Positions 9,660-19,139 of a stretch of DNA of 64,000 bases are shown here, piece by piece. Location of the stretch: NCBI RefSeq assembly GCF_013004595.1, contig NZ_JABEMC010000009.1:1-64000 (forward strand). The letters are read 5' to 3'. The DNA comes from Brevibacterium luteolum (GTDB lineage Bacteria; Actinomycetota; Actinomycetes; Actinomycetales; Brevibacteriaceae). The notes under the pieces are model-generated. The model saw only the letters and a list, made by a program, of their open reading frames with translations, was not told the origin of the DNA and made no database searches. The translations under genes were made by a program, and so were the position numbers. Every line of letters begins with the position of its first letter. Positions within the stretch are counted from its first letter, which is position 1.

Positions 9660-11048
9660 TCAGCCTTGGCTGAGCTCGGCGCGCAGAGCCGCCAGGACAG
9701 CAGTCAGCTCCGGGCTGGTGAGCGAGCTCAACGCGATCTCGATGCCGGTCTGCTGCCCGCCGGTCCATTTGCCGGCCAGGTCGTCGACGAGGATGCCACG
9801 CTCAGCGAGGGCGCGCCGCAAACGCCGCGCATCCCCGGCCGGCCGCTCGAGGATCACCCGCCCGCGCACCTGGGTCACCGGCAGGCCTGCGGCATCGACC
9901 GCCTCGGCGGCGGCTGCCAGCCGCTTGCGCATCCGCAGCATCCGCCTGCGCAGCCCGCCGGAGTCCAGGTAGTCGGCGAGCGCTGCCTGGATGAGCGGTG
10001 AGGCCGCAGGACCGAGCATCCGGCGGTGGGCGGCGATCCCAGCGCTGAGCGGGCCGGTGGCGATGATGTAGCCGATGCCCAGGCGCGTGCCGAGCAGGGT
10101 GGCGAAGGATCCGAGGTGCAGCACCCGGCCGCTGCTGTCGAGGTCGGCGAGAGTCGGCGGCAGGCTGCCGGCGTAGCGGGCTTCGGTGTCGTAGTCGTCT
10201 TCGATCAGGTGGCCGCCGCACGATTCGGCCCAGCGCAGCAGCTGCACGCGCCGGGTCGCGCTCATCGAATCTCCATGCGGATGCAGGTGATTGGGCGTCA
10301 GCAGCAGGGCGCGCAGCTGCACCGGGGTCGCAGCGGGGTCGATGCCGTCGGTGTCGACGGGCACATCGACGGTGGCGGTGTTCGCCAGTGCCCGGCGCAG
10401 ACCGGGAAAGCCCGGGCTCTCGACTCCGAGCGCTGCGGGAGCGAGGACGTTGAGGACGGTGCGCAACCCGTCGCGGGCGCCGGCGGTCAGCACGATGTCG
10501 GCGGGCTCGACCTGCATGCCGCGCACCAGCCGCAGGTGCCCGGCGATCGCCTGGCGCACCGTCTGGGTGCCGCAGCCGTCATCGCTGACGTCGCGGGTGT
10601 CGAGTCCGCGGCGCCAGGCAGCCCGGAAATCGGGCTCATCGCGCGGGTCGGGGCGCACGCTCACACCCCGGGCATCGATGCGCACCTCCGCCGCGATGTC
10701 AGTGGAGTGGTGGGAGGGCATCGCTCGGCCCGTCACGGCCCGTGACCCCGAGCGGCGCGCGGCCGAAGCGCGACCAGTCCGCGCCGTCTGCAATGCCGGG
10801 TTGACGCGTGTGCCCGAACGGGCGGCAGTCACGAGCTGCCCCTCGGCGATGAGATGCTCATACGCCGTCTGCACGGTGCCGCGGGCGACACCGAGCTGCG
10901 CGGCGAGCACCCGGCTGGAGGGCAGACTGTCGCCCGGGCGCAGACGGCCGGTGACGATCTCGGCCCGGATGCCGGCGACGATCTGCAGCGGCAGACCGAT
11001 GCGCGAGCTGCGGTCGAGCCGAACCGTGAGATCCGCGTCGTGCGCCAT
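9660..11048 (-). CDS. pdxR: MocR/GabR-family PLP-dependent regulator, PdxR-like
   Basis: GntR wHTH ([18 protein letters not shown]) plus aminotransferase-like domain (IEDDYD); divergent from pdxS. Confidence 0.85.
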   Translation of the reverse strand: MAHDADLTVRLDRSSRIGLPLQIVAGIRAEIVTGRLRPGDSLPSSRVLAAQLGVARGTVQTAYEHLIAEGQLVTAARSGTRVNPALQTARTGRASAARRSGSRAVTGRAMPSHHSTDIAAEVRIDARGVSVRPDPRDEPDFRAAWRRGLDTRDVSDDGCGTQTVRQAIAGHLRLVRGMQVEPADIVLTAGARDGLRTVLNVLAPAALGVESPGFPGLRRALANTATVDVPVDTDGIDPAATPVQLRALLLTPNHLHPHGDSMSATRRVQLLRWAESCGGHLIEDDYDTEARYAGSLPPTLADLDSSGRVLHLGSFATLLGTRLGIGYIIATGPLSAGIAAHRRMLGPAASPLIQAALADYLDSGGLRRRMLRMRKRLAAAAEAVDAAGLPVTQVRGRVILERPAGDARRLRRALAERGILVDDLAGKWTGGQQTGIEIALSSLTSPELTAVLAALRAELSQG

Positions 11049-11104
11049 GAGCACCCCTCCCCCACCTGGTCTCTGGTCTCGCGGCCATCCGGAACCGCGC
11101 GCAA

Positions 11105-11149
11105 CTGGACTACAGAATACCCCTGGATCTGGACCATATCTGCAGTCCA
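11105..11149. promoter_or_regulatory. Putative PdxR operator
   Basis: CTGGAC direct repeats at 11105-11110 and 11129-11134 plus inverted GTCCA at 11145-11149; MocR-type direct+inverted layout. Confidence 0.55.
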
Positions 11150-11243
11150 ATGCTCGCTAGGCTCACGAATACCCCGTCGGGCGCCTGGACGTCCGGCTCA
11201 CCACCAGCGGGTGTCCGGCACCCGCCACAACCCAGGAGACTGC

Positions 11244-12206
11244 ATGACTGCCACACTGACCGACACCACCGCCAACGCCGCTGCGGACACGCACACTGCC
11301 GGGACTGCCGACGGCGCCGCGCAGCAGCGCGCCACCGGCGCCCAGCTGAGCTCTGAGCTCGCACGCTCACTGGCCGGCGGCGTCATCATGGACGTCGTCA
11401 CCCCTGATCAGGCCCGCATCGCCGAAGATGCCGGAGCAGTGGCGGTCATGGCGCTCGAGCGGGTGCCCGCCGATATCCGCGCCCAGGGCGGCGTCGCCCG
11501 GATGAGCGACCCGGACCTCATCGCCGGGATCCTCGATGCCGTGTCGATTCCGGTCATGGCCAAGGCGCGCATCGGCCACTTCGTCGAAGCGCAGATCCTG
11601 CAGTCTCTCGGCGTGCACTACGTCGACGAATCCGAGGTCCTCTCCCCTGCCGACTACGTCAACCACATCGACAAGCGTGCCTTCGAGGTGCCGTTCGTGT
11701 GCGGGGCCACCAACCTCGGAGAGGCGCTGCGCCGCATCAACGAAGGTGCCGACATGATCCGTTCGAAGGGTGAGGCCGGCACCGGCGATGTCTCCGAAGC
11801 GACCCGCCACATCCGCACGATCAGCGGTGAGATCCGCCGCCTGGCTGCGCTGAACGAAGATGAGCTCTATGTTGCGGCCAAGGAGCTGCAGGCGCCGTTC
11901 GACCTCGTGCGCACGGTCGCCCGCGACGGCCGCCTGCCGGTCGTCACCTTCGTCGCCGGGGGCGTGTCCACGCCTGCCGATGCGGCGATGATGATGCAGC
12001 TCGGTGCTGAGGGCGTGTTCGTCGGCTCAGGCATCTTCAAGTCCGGCAACCCGGAGGCACGGGCCAAAGCCGTCGTCAAGGCCACAGCGAACTACGACAA
12101 TCCCGAGGTGCTCGCCGAGGTCTCCCGCGGACTCGGTGAGGCGATGGTCGGCCTCAACGTCAGCGACCTGCCGGCCCCGCACCGCCTGGCCGAACGCGGC
12201 TGGTAA
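11244..12206 (+). CDS. pdxS: Pyridoxal 5'-phosphate synthase lyase subunit
   Basis: [27 protein letters not shown]-terminal LAERGW; AGGAG RBS before 11244. Confidence 0.97.
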   Translation: MTATLTDTTANAAADTHTAGTADGAAQQRATGAQLSSELARSLAGGVIMDVVTPDQARIAEDAGAVAVMALERVPADIRAQGGVARMSDPDLIAGILDAVSIPVMAKARIGHFVEAQILQSLGVHYVDESEVLSPADYVNHIDKRAFEVPFVCGATNLGEALRRINEGADMIRSKGEAGTGDVSEATRHIRTISGEIRRLAALNEDELYVAAKELQAPFDLVRTVARDGRLPVVTFVAGGVSTPADAAMMMQLGAEGVFVGSGIFKSGNPEARAKAVVKATANYDNPEVLAEVSRGLGEAMVGLNVSDLPAPHRLAERGW

Positions 12207-12246
12207 GATGCAGCGCGGCTTTACCGGCGCCGCACAGCGGCGTCGT

Positions 12247-13773
12247 TCAGCCGCCGGTGACGGTCCACAGCGTGGTGGACTCACCGGCGGCTGCTGCGAA
12301 CCAGCGGCCGGTGGCACTCGGCTCGGCATACTGGCCGACGGCGTGGGCCTCGGGGTGCTCCTTGCCGTCAAGGGTGAAGAAGTGCACCGCGTCGTTGAGC
12401 AGCACTGGGATGAGGCCGAGCTGCGGGAGCGCGCCGTTGCCGCCGAATCCGTAGCTGCCTTCGACCGGATCGAACGGATCGGCGTCCTCTCCTGCCTCCC
12501 AGAGCGTCGATCCGTCAGTGGCGCTGACGGCCCGGACGCCGGCATCGAGACCGGGCATGATGACCAGCGGCGCGTCGGTGCCGTCGACGGGTGTGTGGAG
12601 GCGACCGTACTGCTCGTCGAACAGCCCGAACTCGAAAGCGTCCCCGGAGATGTCGGTGTGCCAGGCCTCGCCGTCGAGCAGTGAGCCGAGCACCAGGATC
12701 CGGGAGGCGAACAGCTGGGTGCTCGCGCACACGAAAGTGCCCGTGGCGGTGGAGACGGGCCGGGCGGCACAGTAGTCGACCGGTTCCTCACTGAAGTCAA
12801 TTCCCGCGGCGAGGTCAGGATCGTCGGCAGCGCTGAGCGGAGTGAGCACCCCAGAGCTCTCCGGCAGGTCCATCGGCACCCTCAGCAGTGCGGTGCGGGT
12901 GATGGACCCGGAGTACGGGTCGTCAGGATCGGCGGTGCCGAAGGCGTAGACAAGCGTGCCGGGTGCCTTCTGCGGGTAGATGCCGAAGCCGAGGTCCTGC
13001 TCCCCGTACGCGCTGAGATCGACTGTGGCATGCTGACCCGATGGCAGGTCGAGGCGGGTGAGGAAACTGCCGTCGCCATCGCGCCACGGCAGGTAGGCGT
13101 GCGTGCGGTCCGGGGTGATCTGCAGGTTCGCCCCGCCCATGGGCTGCGCATCGGAGGCCGCCTGCACGGCCGGCCACGCCGGCTGGCCGGAGGCCGGATC
13201 GAGGCCGAGGACCATGGCCTTCTGCTCATCACCGGTGCAGCTGCCGCGATCGGCATCGATCATCCCGTATTCGAGCAGGATGATCCCATCCTCGCCCAGG
13301 GCGCTCGTCCCGGTGGAGGAGGACGAGTAGTAGTCACCCGGTTCGGTGCAGCCGAGATCGGCATCGGCAGGCGTATAGGTCCAGGCTTCGCTGCCATCGC
13401 CCCAGTCGAGTGCGCGCAGATGGCCGGTCCCGTCGTCGACGATGACGATCTCACCGTGAGAGTAGGCGGCCACGCTGTCGGGCCGGTCCATATCGACCTG
13501 CGCCTGGTGGCTCCACAGTTCAGCGCCATCAGCGCCGACGGCGACGAGCCTGCCGCCCATCGCGTCGGCGACCAGCGCCCGGTCGGTGTCGTTGTCGGCC
13601 AGCAGGCTGGCGTAGAAGTCGAGGGTGATCGCCTCGCTCAGCTGCGGCGGTTCCGGTGTGCTGGGCGCAGGTGAGCTGCCGGGTGCATCATCTGCCGCTG
13701 TGCATCCGGCGGCCAGTGTGAGAGCGGCGCCTGCGGCGATGAGGGCGAGCGCGGGGCGGGAGAACGGGTGCAT
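12247..13773 (-). CDS. Lipoprotein with PQQ-like beta-propeller repeats
   Basis: Lipobox LAAGC; repeated A(L/V)DxxxGxxxW motifs. Confidence 0.75.
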   Translation of the reverse strand: MHPFSRPALALIAAGAALTLAAGCTAADDAPGSSPAPSTPEPPQLSEAITLDFYASLLADNDTDRALVADAMGGRLVAVGADGAELWSHQAQVDMDRPDSVAAYSHGEIVIVDDGTGHLRALDWGDGSEAWTYTPADADLGCTEPGDYYSSSSTGTSALGEDGIILLEYGMIDADRGSCTGDEQKAMVLGLDPASGQPAWPAVQAASDAQPMGGANLQITPDRTHAYLPWRDGDGSFLTRLDLPSGQHATVDLSAYGEQDLGFGIYPQKAPGTLVYAFGTADPDDPYSGSITRTALLRVPMDLPESSGVLTPLSAADDPDLAAGIDFSEEPVDYCAARPVSTATGTFVCASTQLFASRILVLGSLLDGEAWHTDISGDAFEFGLFDEQYGRLHTPVDGTDAPLVIMPGLDAGVRAVSATDGSTLWEAGEDADPFDPVEGSYGFGGNGALPQLGLIPVLLNDAVHFFTLDGKEHPEAHAVGQYAEPSATGRWFAAAAGESTTLWTVTGG

Positions 13774-13937
13774 GACTGTTCCTTCGCAAGCAGGGACACC
13801 GTGATGATCTCCCTGGTGAGCGTCCTGTCTTCACTATGCCAGACGGGCCGGACAACGGTGCTGGCAAAGCACGGGAGGCGCCCACCGCCTCGGGTGCGGT
13901 GACCGGTGTGTCTGTGACGCGTGCTACGGTGTGGGCA

Positions 13938-14075
13938 GATGTTCCGGGGACGGTGAGATTCCGTACCGGCGGTGACAGTCCGCGACCCGAACGCCGAGGC
14001 CCAGACGGGCGGAGGGGTTCGGCTGACTCGGTGCGATTCCGAGACCGACAGTGAAAGTCTGGATGGGAGGAACAC
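13938..14075 (+). ncRNA. FMN riboswitch (RFN element)
   Basis: Conserved blocks CGGGG-CGGTGAGATTCCG-ACCGGCGGT, AGTCCGCGA, GACTCGGTGCGATTCCGAGACCGACAGTGAAAGTCTGGATGGGAG directly upstream of the rib genes. Confidence 0.95.
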
Positions 14076-14179
14076 ACGGTCCAGGGCACCCGTGTCTGCC
14101 TGGACCGGCAGCGGCGCACCCGTGTCTGCGCGGACGCCTGCCGCCTGTCTCCCGTCTCCCCGGTAGGAGGAGAGGGAGA

Positions 14180-15298
14180 ATGCACCGCTCATCTGCACCC
14201 GCCGCGCCTGCCGCCGGGATCACTGCCCGTGAACGCCGGGCCATGTCCGCTGCTCTCACCGCCGCCCGCCGCGGCCAGCGCGGGGCCACCCCTCTCGTCG
14301 GTGCGGCCGTCATCGGCGCCGACGGGACGATCGTCACCGGCTACCACGCAGGTGCTGGGCACCCGCACGCCGAACCGGCAGCCCTGGCAGCCGCCGTCGC
14401 AGCCGGCATCGACCTCGGCACCGCCACGCTCGTCGTCACGCTCGAACCGTGCGCCCATGTCGGCCGGACCCCGTCGTGTGCGCATACGATCGTCAGGGCC
14501 GGGATCCCGCGCATCGTCTACGCGGCAGCCGACCCGAATCCGGTCGCCACCGGTGGCGCCGAGGTGCTGCGGGCGGCCGGACGCGAGGTGGTCGCCGGGC
14601 TGGCAGCCGATGAGGCGGCGGTGCTCAATCACCGGTGGGTGGCCGCGCAGCGTGAGGCCCGGCCATTCGTGACGGCGAAGCTCGCCCAGAGCCTCGACGG
14701 GCGGATCGCCGCTGCCGACGGCACCAGCCAGTGGATCACCTCCGATGAGACCCGGTCCCGCGTGCACGCGCTGCGCGCCCGGGTCGACGCCGTCATCGTC
14801 GGCACCGGCACCGCCCGGGCCGACAATCCGCGGCTCACCGCCCGCATCGACGGCCGCGCTGCGGCCCGGCAGCCGGTGCCGGTCGTCATCGGCACCCGCG
14901 ATCTCGACGCCTCCAGCCACCTCGCCGCCGACCCGCGCACCATCCACCTGCGCACCCACGACCTGCTGCACGCGCTGCGGCAGCTGCGTGCGCGCGGAGT
15001 CGAGCACGTGCTCGTTGAGGGCGGGGCGCACCTGCTCAGCGGCTTCCTGACCGCCGGGCTCGTCGACGAGCTGTTCCTCCACCTCGGCCCGCAGCTGCTC
15101 GGCACCGGCGGGCTCGCCGCCACCGCCGGCCTTGAGGTGCCGACACTCGCAGCCGCCCCGCGCTTCATCCCCGACGACCTTGCCGCCCCTGCCGCTGCCG
15201 CGAGCGGGACCGACACCATCCTGCACCTGAGACCGGCACCCGCCGCCCCGGCCCCGGCACCGCCAGCCCCATCCACCACCGACCACAGGAGTCACCAC
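14180..15298 (+). CDS. ribD: Riboflavin deaminase/reductase RibD (in frame with RibE, no stop)
   Basis: HAE, TLEPCAHVGRTPSC, AQSLDGRIAAADGTSQWITS, VEGG. Confidence 0.92.
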
Positions 15299-16045
15299 AT
15301 GTTCACCGGCATCATCGAAGCCACCGGCACCGTCCTGTCCGTCACCTCCGTTCCCGGCACCGACACCGCCCGCATCAGCATCAGGGCCGGCAGCCTCATC
15401 GACGACCTGCCAGCCGGCGGGTCCCTGGCCGTCAACGGCGTCTGCCTCACCGCCACCCGCACCTCCGCCGAAGCCGCGCCGGCAGATGAGAACCCGGCCA
15501 GCACCTCGGGCCCGGGGATCTTCACCGCCGACATCATGGGCGAGACGCTGGCGCGCACGAGCCTGGGTGCGCTGAGGGCGGGCACGCAGGTGAACCTCGA
15601 ACGCTGCATGCCGGCCAGCGGGCGCTTCGACGGGCACATCGTCCAAGGTCACGTCGACGGGGTCGGGCGGATCAGCGTCTTCGAGGACTGCGGGGCGTGG
15701 ACGCGGATGCGCATCGAGCTGCCAGCCGCGCTCGCCCCGCTGTGCGTGGAGAAGGGTTCGATCGCACTCGACGGGACCTCGCTGACGATCACCGCCGTCT
15801 CCCCGGCAGGTGCCGGGCAGCCGTGGTGCGAAGTCGGGCTCATCCCGGCGACCCTGGCCGCGACGATGTTCGGGCAGGCGAGCGTCGGGGACCTCGTCAA
15901 CATCGAAACCGATGTGCTGGCCAAGTACGCCCAGAGCCTCGCCGGACGCCACGTGCGACGTGCCGATCCCGTGCAGGCGCCGCCGTCGCCGTGGCAGGAC
16001 AAGCCGTGGGAGACCACCGCAGCCGACGCGTCCCCGGCACACGGG
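15299..16045 (+). CDS. ribE: Riboflavin synthase (alpha) domain plus linker
   Basis: MFTGIIE, SLAVNGVCLT, GHIVQGHVD, VNIETDVLAKY; internal AGGAG RBS before ATG 15299. Confidence 0.92.
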
Positions 16046-16665
16046 CTCGACTCGATCGAGGAGGCGATCAGCCGACTGCGCCGCGGTGTCCCGACGATCG
16101 TCGTCGACGATGCCGACCGCGAGAACGAAGGCGACCTCATCGTGCCGGCCGAGCTGCTGAGCCCGGAGTGGATGGGCTTCATCGTCCGCCACACCTCCGG
16201 CGTGGTGTGCGCGCCGATGACCGCTGAGATCGCAGCCCACCTCGATCTGCCGGCCATGACCGCGGTGAACGAGGACCCGAAGGGCACGAACTACACCGTC
16301 AGCTGCGATGCCCGCGGCCTGGACACCGGCATCAGCGCCGGTGAGCGCACGACAACCCTGCGCATGCTGGCCGACCCGCAGGCGGGCCCGGAGCAGCTGA
16401 CCCGGCGGGGCATGTGTTCCCGCTCATCGCCGCCGCCGGCGGGGTCCGCGAGCGCGCCGGGCACACCGAGGCCGGAGTCGAACTCGCCCGGCTGGCCGGC
16501 TGCCGGCCGGTCGCAGCGATCGCCGAGGTCGTCGACGACACCGGCGAGGTCATGCGCCTCGACGCTCTGCTGGCCTTCGGGACCCGGTTCGGGCTGCCGG
16601 TCATCTCGATCGCCGACCTGCGCACATGGCTCGACACGCACACCCCAGCCGCCCACCAGAACTGA
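16046..16665 (+). pseudogene. ribB: DHBP synthase (RibB) domain, fused to RibE, frameshifted near 16406
   Basis: VVDDADRENEGDL and TGISAGER in the first frame; HVFPL...RAGHTEAGVELARLAG in the shifted frame, ending 16665. Confidence 0.85.
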
Positions 16666-16740
16666 ACCGGACACCGCACCAGAACTGAACCGGGCACTGC
16701 ACCGGACACCGCACCGAACACTGAGAGAAGGGATCACATC

Positions 16741-17229
16741 ATGGCATCGAGCGGAGCACCGACGATGAAGCCGCAGGCCGCACCGGGCACCCGCGTGGCG
16801 ATCGTCGCCTCCTCCTGGCACACCGAGGTGATGGACGGGCTCCTCGCCGGCGCCCAGCGCGCCCTCGCCGAGGCCGCAGCTGAGACGACTGGGATGGAGG
16901 TCAGCGTCTTCCGGGCGCCGGGCAGCTTCGAGCTGCCGCTGCTGGCCCGTGCGGCGGCGGAACGCTTCGACGCCGTCGTCGCACTCGGCGTCGTCATCCG
17001 CGGCGGCACCCCGCACTTCGACTACGTCTGCCGGGCCGCCACCGACGGGCTGGCCAAGGTGGCGGCCGAGACCGGCACACCGGTCGGGTTCGGGCTGCTG
17101 ACCTGCGATGACGACGAGCAGGCTCGCAACCGGGCCGGGCTGCCGGGCTCACGGGAGGACAAGGGACACGAAGCGGCGAGCGCAGCCCTTGCCGCACTCG
17201 CCGCTCTGACAGAGATCAGGACCGCCTGA
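16741..17229 (+). CDS. ribH: 6,7-dimethyl-8-ribityllumazine synthase
   Basis: PGSFELP, ALGVVIRGGTPHFDYVC, EDKGHEA. Confidence 0.96.
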   Translation: MASSGAPTMKPQAAPGTRVAIVASSWHTEVMDGLLAGAQRALAEAAAETTGMEVSVFRAPGSFELPLLARAAAERFDAVVALGVVIRGGTPHFDYVCRAATDGLAKVAAETGTPVGFGLLTCDDDEQARNRAGLPGSREDKGHEAASAALAALAALTEIRTA

Positions 17230-17240
17230 GCGGCCGGGGG

Positions 17241-18344
17241 TCAGTACCGCATCAGTGCTGCGACGTTCTCGACCCGGCCGTCGGAGATGATGACGATCGT
17301 GCCGGAGTTCTGCAGCGTCGACAGGATCGCGGAATCGACATCCCCGCTGCCCTCTGAGGCAGAGAGCGACGGGTTGATGAACAGCGTGTCGACCCGCCCC
17401 TCGGCAGCTGCTTCGCGGATGACATCGGTCTGGGTGACGCCGCGGCCGGTGCCCTGCGCATCAGCGAAGCGGGCGTAGGCTGCGTCGTCGCGTTCAGCGA
17501 AGGCCGGCATGACGACCTCCCACGCATCGGCGTGCAGCTGACCGGGCGTACGGTCGTCGGGGTTGCCGGTGACCATCTCGTCAAGCAGCGCCGGGTAGGT
17601 GCACACGGGCTTGAACAGCGGCATCGCCTCAGCGACAGCTGCGAGGATCAGCGGCTGGCTGCGGGCTTTGCCGAGCAGCGTTCCGACTCCTTCACCGACA
17701 GCCTTGACGAACTTCTCGACGAAGATCCGGTCGACCTCACCGCCGGCGCCGTGGCCGTGGAACATGGCACGGTCCCCACCGACCGAACGGCTCTGCAGCT
17801 GCCGTTGCCGCTCATCGGGGTCGACGACGTCGTCCATGCTCTGCGGCACGGTCTCACCGAGGTCGAGTTCGACGATCGAGTCCTTCGTCGCGTCGAACAG
17901 GCGCACCTTGTTCCGTGACAGAGCCAGGATGTAGAAGGCATGGGACTGTGCGAGCGCCGGGGCGATCGGGCGGACCGTCATCGAGTCGCCGACGCTGACG
18001 TGCTCGCTCAGCGGCACACCGAGGCGGTAAGTCAGCGTCATGCCCGTGGCTGCGTAGAGAGCCAGCCCGTCGGCCTGATGGCGCCAGAACGGGCCGTCGT
18101 TGACGAGGTCGTTGAGCGGGCCGAGGATCTCCTTGGCTTCCTTCGCCTCGACGCCGGTCTCAGCGAGCTTGCGGCCTGCCTCATCGAGGAGCGACTTGAG
18201 CCGGGTGGAGGATTCGCGGGATTGGTGGTCCGCTCGCGATGTCGGCATCAGGATGGTCACCTTGGGCCCTGAGGCCTCAGCCATCCTCTTGAGATCAGTT
18301 GGGTCAACGTAGTCAAATGAACCGAGAGTATGAGTGACGTCCAT
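17241..18344 (-). CDS. Bacterial aeRF1-like (baeRF3-type/Balon-like) protein
   Basis: TILMPTSR...RLKSLL, FWRHQADGLALY, YILALSRNKVRLF, MFHGHG, AAAEGRVDTLF; no GGQ. Confidence 0.75.
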   Translation of the reverse strand: MDVTHTLGSFDYVDPTDLKRMAEASGPKVTILMPTSRADHQSRESSTRLKSLLDEAGRKLAETGVEAKEAKEILGPLNDLVNDGPFWRHQADGLALYAATGMTLTYRLGVPLSEHVSVGDSMTVRPIAPALAQSHAFYILALSRNKVRLFDATKDSIVELDLGETVPQSMDDVVDPDERQRQLQSRSVGGDRAMFHGHGAGGEVDRIFVEKFVKAVGEGVGTLLGKARSQPLILAAVAEAMPLFKPVCTYPALLDEMVTGNPDDRTPGQLHADAWEVVMPAFAERDDAAYARFADAQGTGRGVTQTDVIREAAAEGRVDTLFINPSLSASEGSGDVDSAILSTLQNSGTIVIISDGRVENVAALMRY

Positions 18345-18534
18345 ACACAGAGCTTAGCGACGCAGGTCACACTTGTGAACTGGTGCCAGCAGGCGAGACC
18401 TTTTGTTTCTGCTCCGCATGCGTTCATATCCCGCAGATGCGGACTCGGATACGATGGATATCCATTCGGTTGCGCGCCTTTTCGCCGTTGTCACGGCATC
18501 TGCGCCGGCGCCCTGTTACTGAAGGGATGTCACT

Positions 18535-18834
18535 GTGAAGACCGTTCACCTCAAGACCAAAGAGATCCGCAGCCGCGACGAGCTCGCCGACCTGCTCCAG
18601 CAGCTTGCCGACCAGATCGCCGAGGGCACGCTCGCGTTCCGTCAGGGTGCTGAGGAGACCCGGCTGGAGATGCCGAGCTCGGTGCGCCTGTCCGTCGAGG
18701 TCGTCGACGAGGAGAAGCCGGCGACCGAGCAGAAGCCGAGCAAGGGCACCAAGCGCGAGGTGGAGGTCGAGATCTCCTGGCGGGTCGGCGAGGACGGCCC
18801 GATCGCAGCCGACGAGCCGCTCACTCTCGGCTGA
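18535..18834 (+). CDS. Amphi-Trp domain-containing protein
   Basis: SRDELADLLQQLADQI amphipathic helix and terminal EVEVEISW. Confidence 0.85.
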   Translation: MKTVHLKTKEIRSRDELADLLQQLADQIAEGTLAFRQGAEETRLEMPSSVRLSVEVVDEEKPATEQKPSKGTKREVEVEISWRVGEDGPIAADEPLTLG

Positions 18835-19066
18835 GCCCTGTGTCCTTCGCGCGGCCGAGTCCGCGCTGCAGCTGGTGGCGTGCCCGCACCTGGAAGAACC
18901 GCACAACCGCATAGACCGAACCGATGATCGGGGCGAACAGCGCGGCCATGACAGTGAGCGGGTAGCGGGCGGTGTCACCGGGTTCGCGCCGGGTGCCAGC
19001 CGCGCAGGCGATGCCGATCAGCCAGATGATGAGCACCGTGCCTTCGGTGAGATTCAGACCCAACAT
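18821..19066 (-). CDS. Small hypothetical membrane protein (PLDc_N-like)
   Basis: Two hydrophobic segments, APIIGSVY motif, GGAAGGAAG RBS. Confidence 0.5.
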   Translation of the reverse strand: MLGLNLTEGTVLIIWLIGIACAAGTRREPGDTARYPLTVMAALFAPIIGSVYAVVRFFQVRARHQLQRGLGRAKDTGLSRE

Positions 19067-19070
19067 CGCC

Positions 19071-19110
19071 GCTTCCTTCCGTCACGAGCCGCTTCCTTCC
19101 GTCACGAGCC
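19071..19110. repeat. Perfect 20-bp tandem duplication
   Basis: GCTTCCTTCCGTCACGAGCC twice (19071-19090, 19091-19110). Confidence 0.9.
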
Positions 19111-19139
19111 GGCGACAAGCCTACCGTCTGGCCGCCGAG

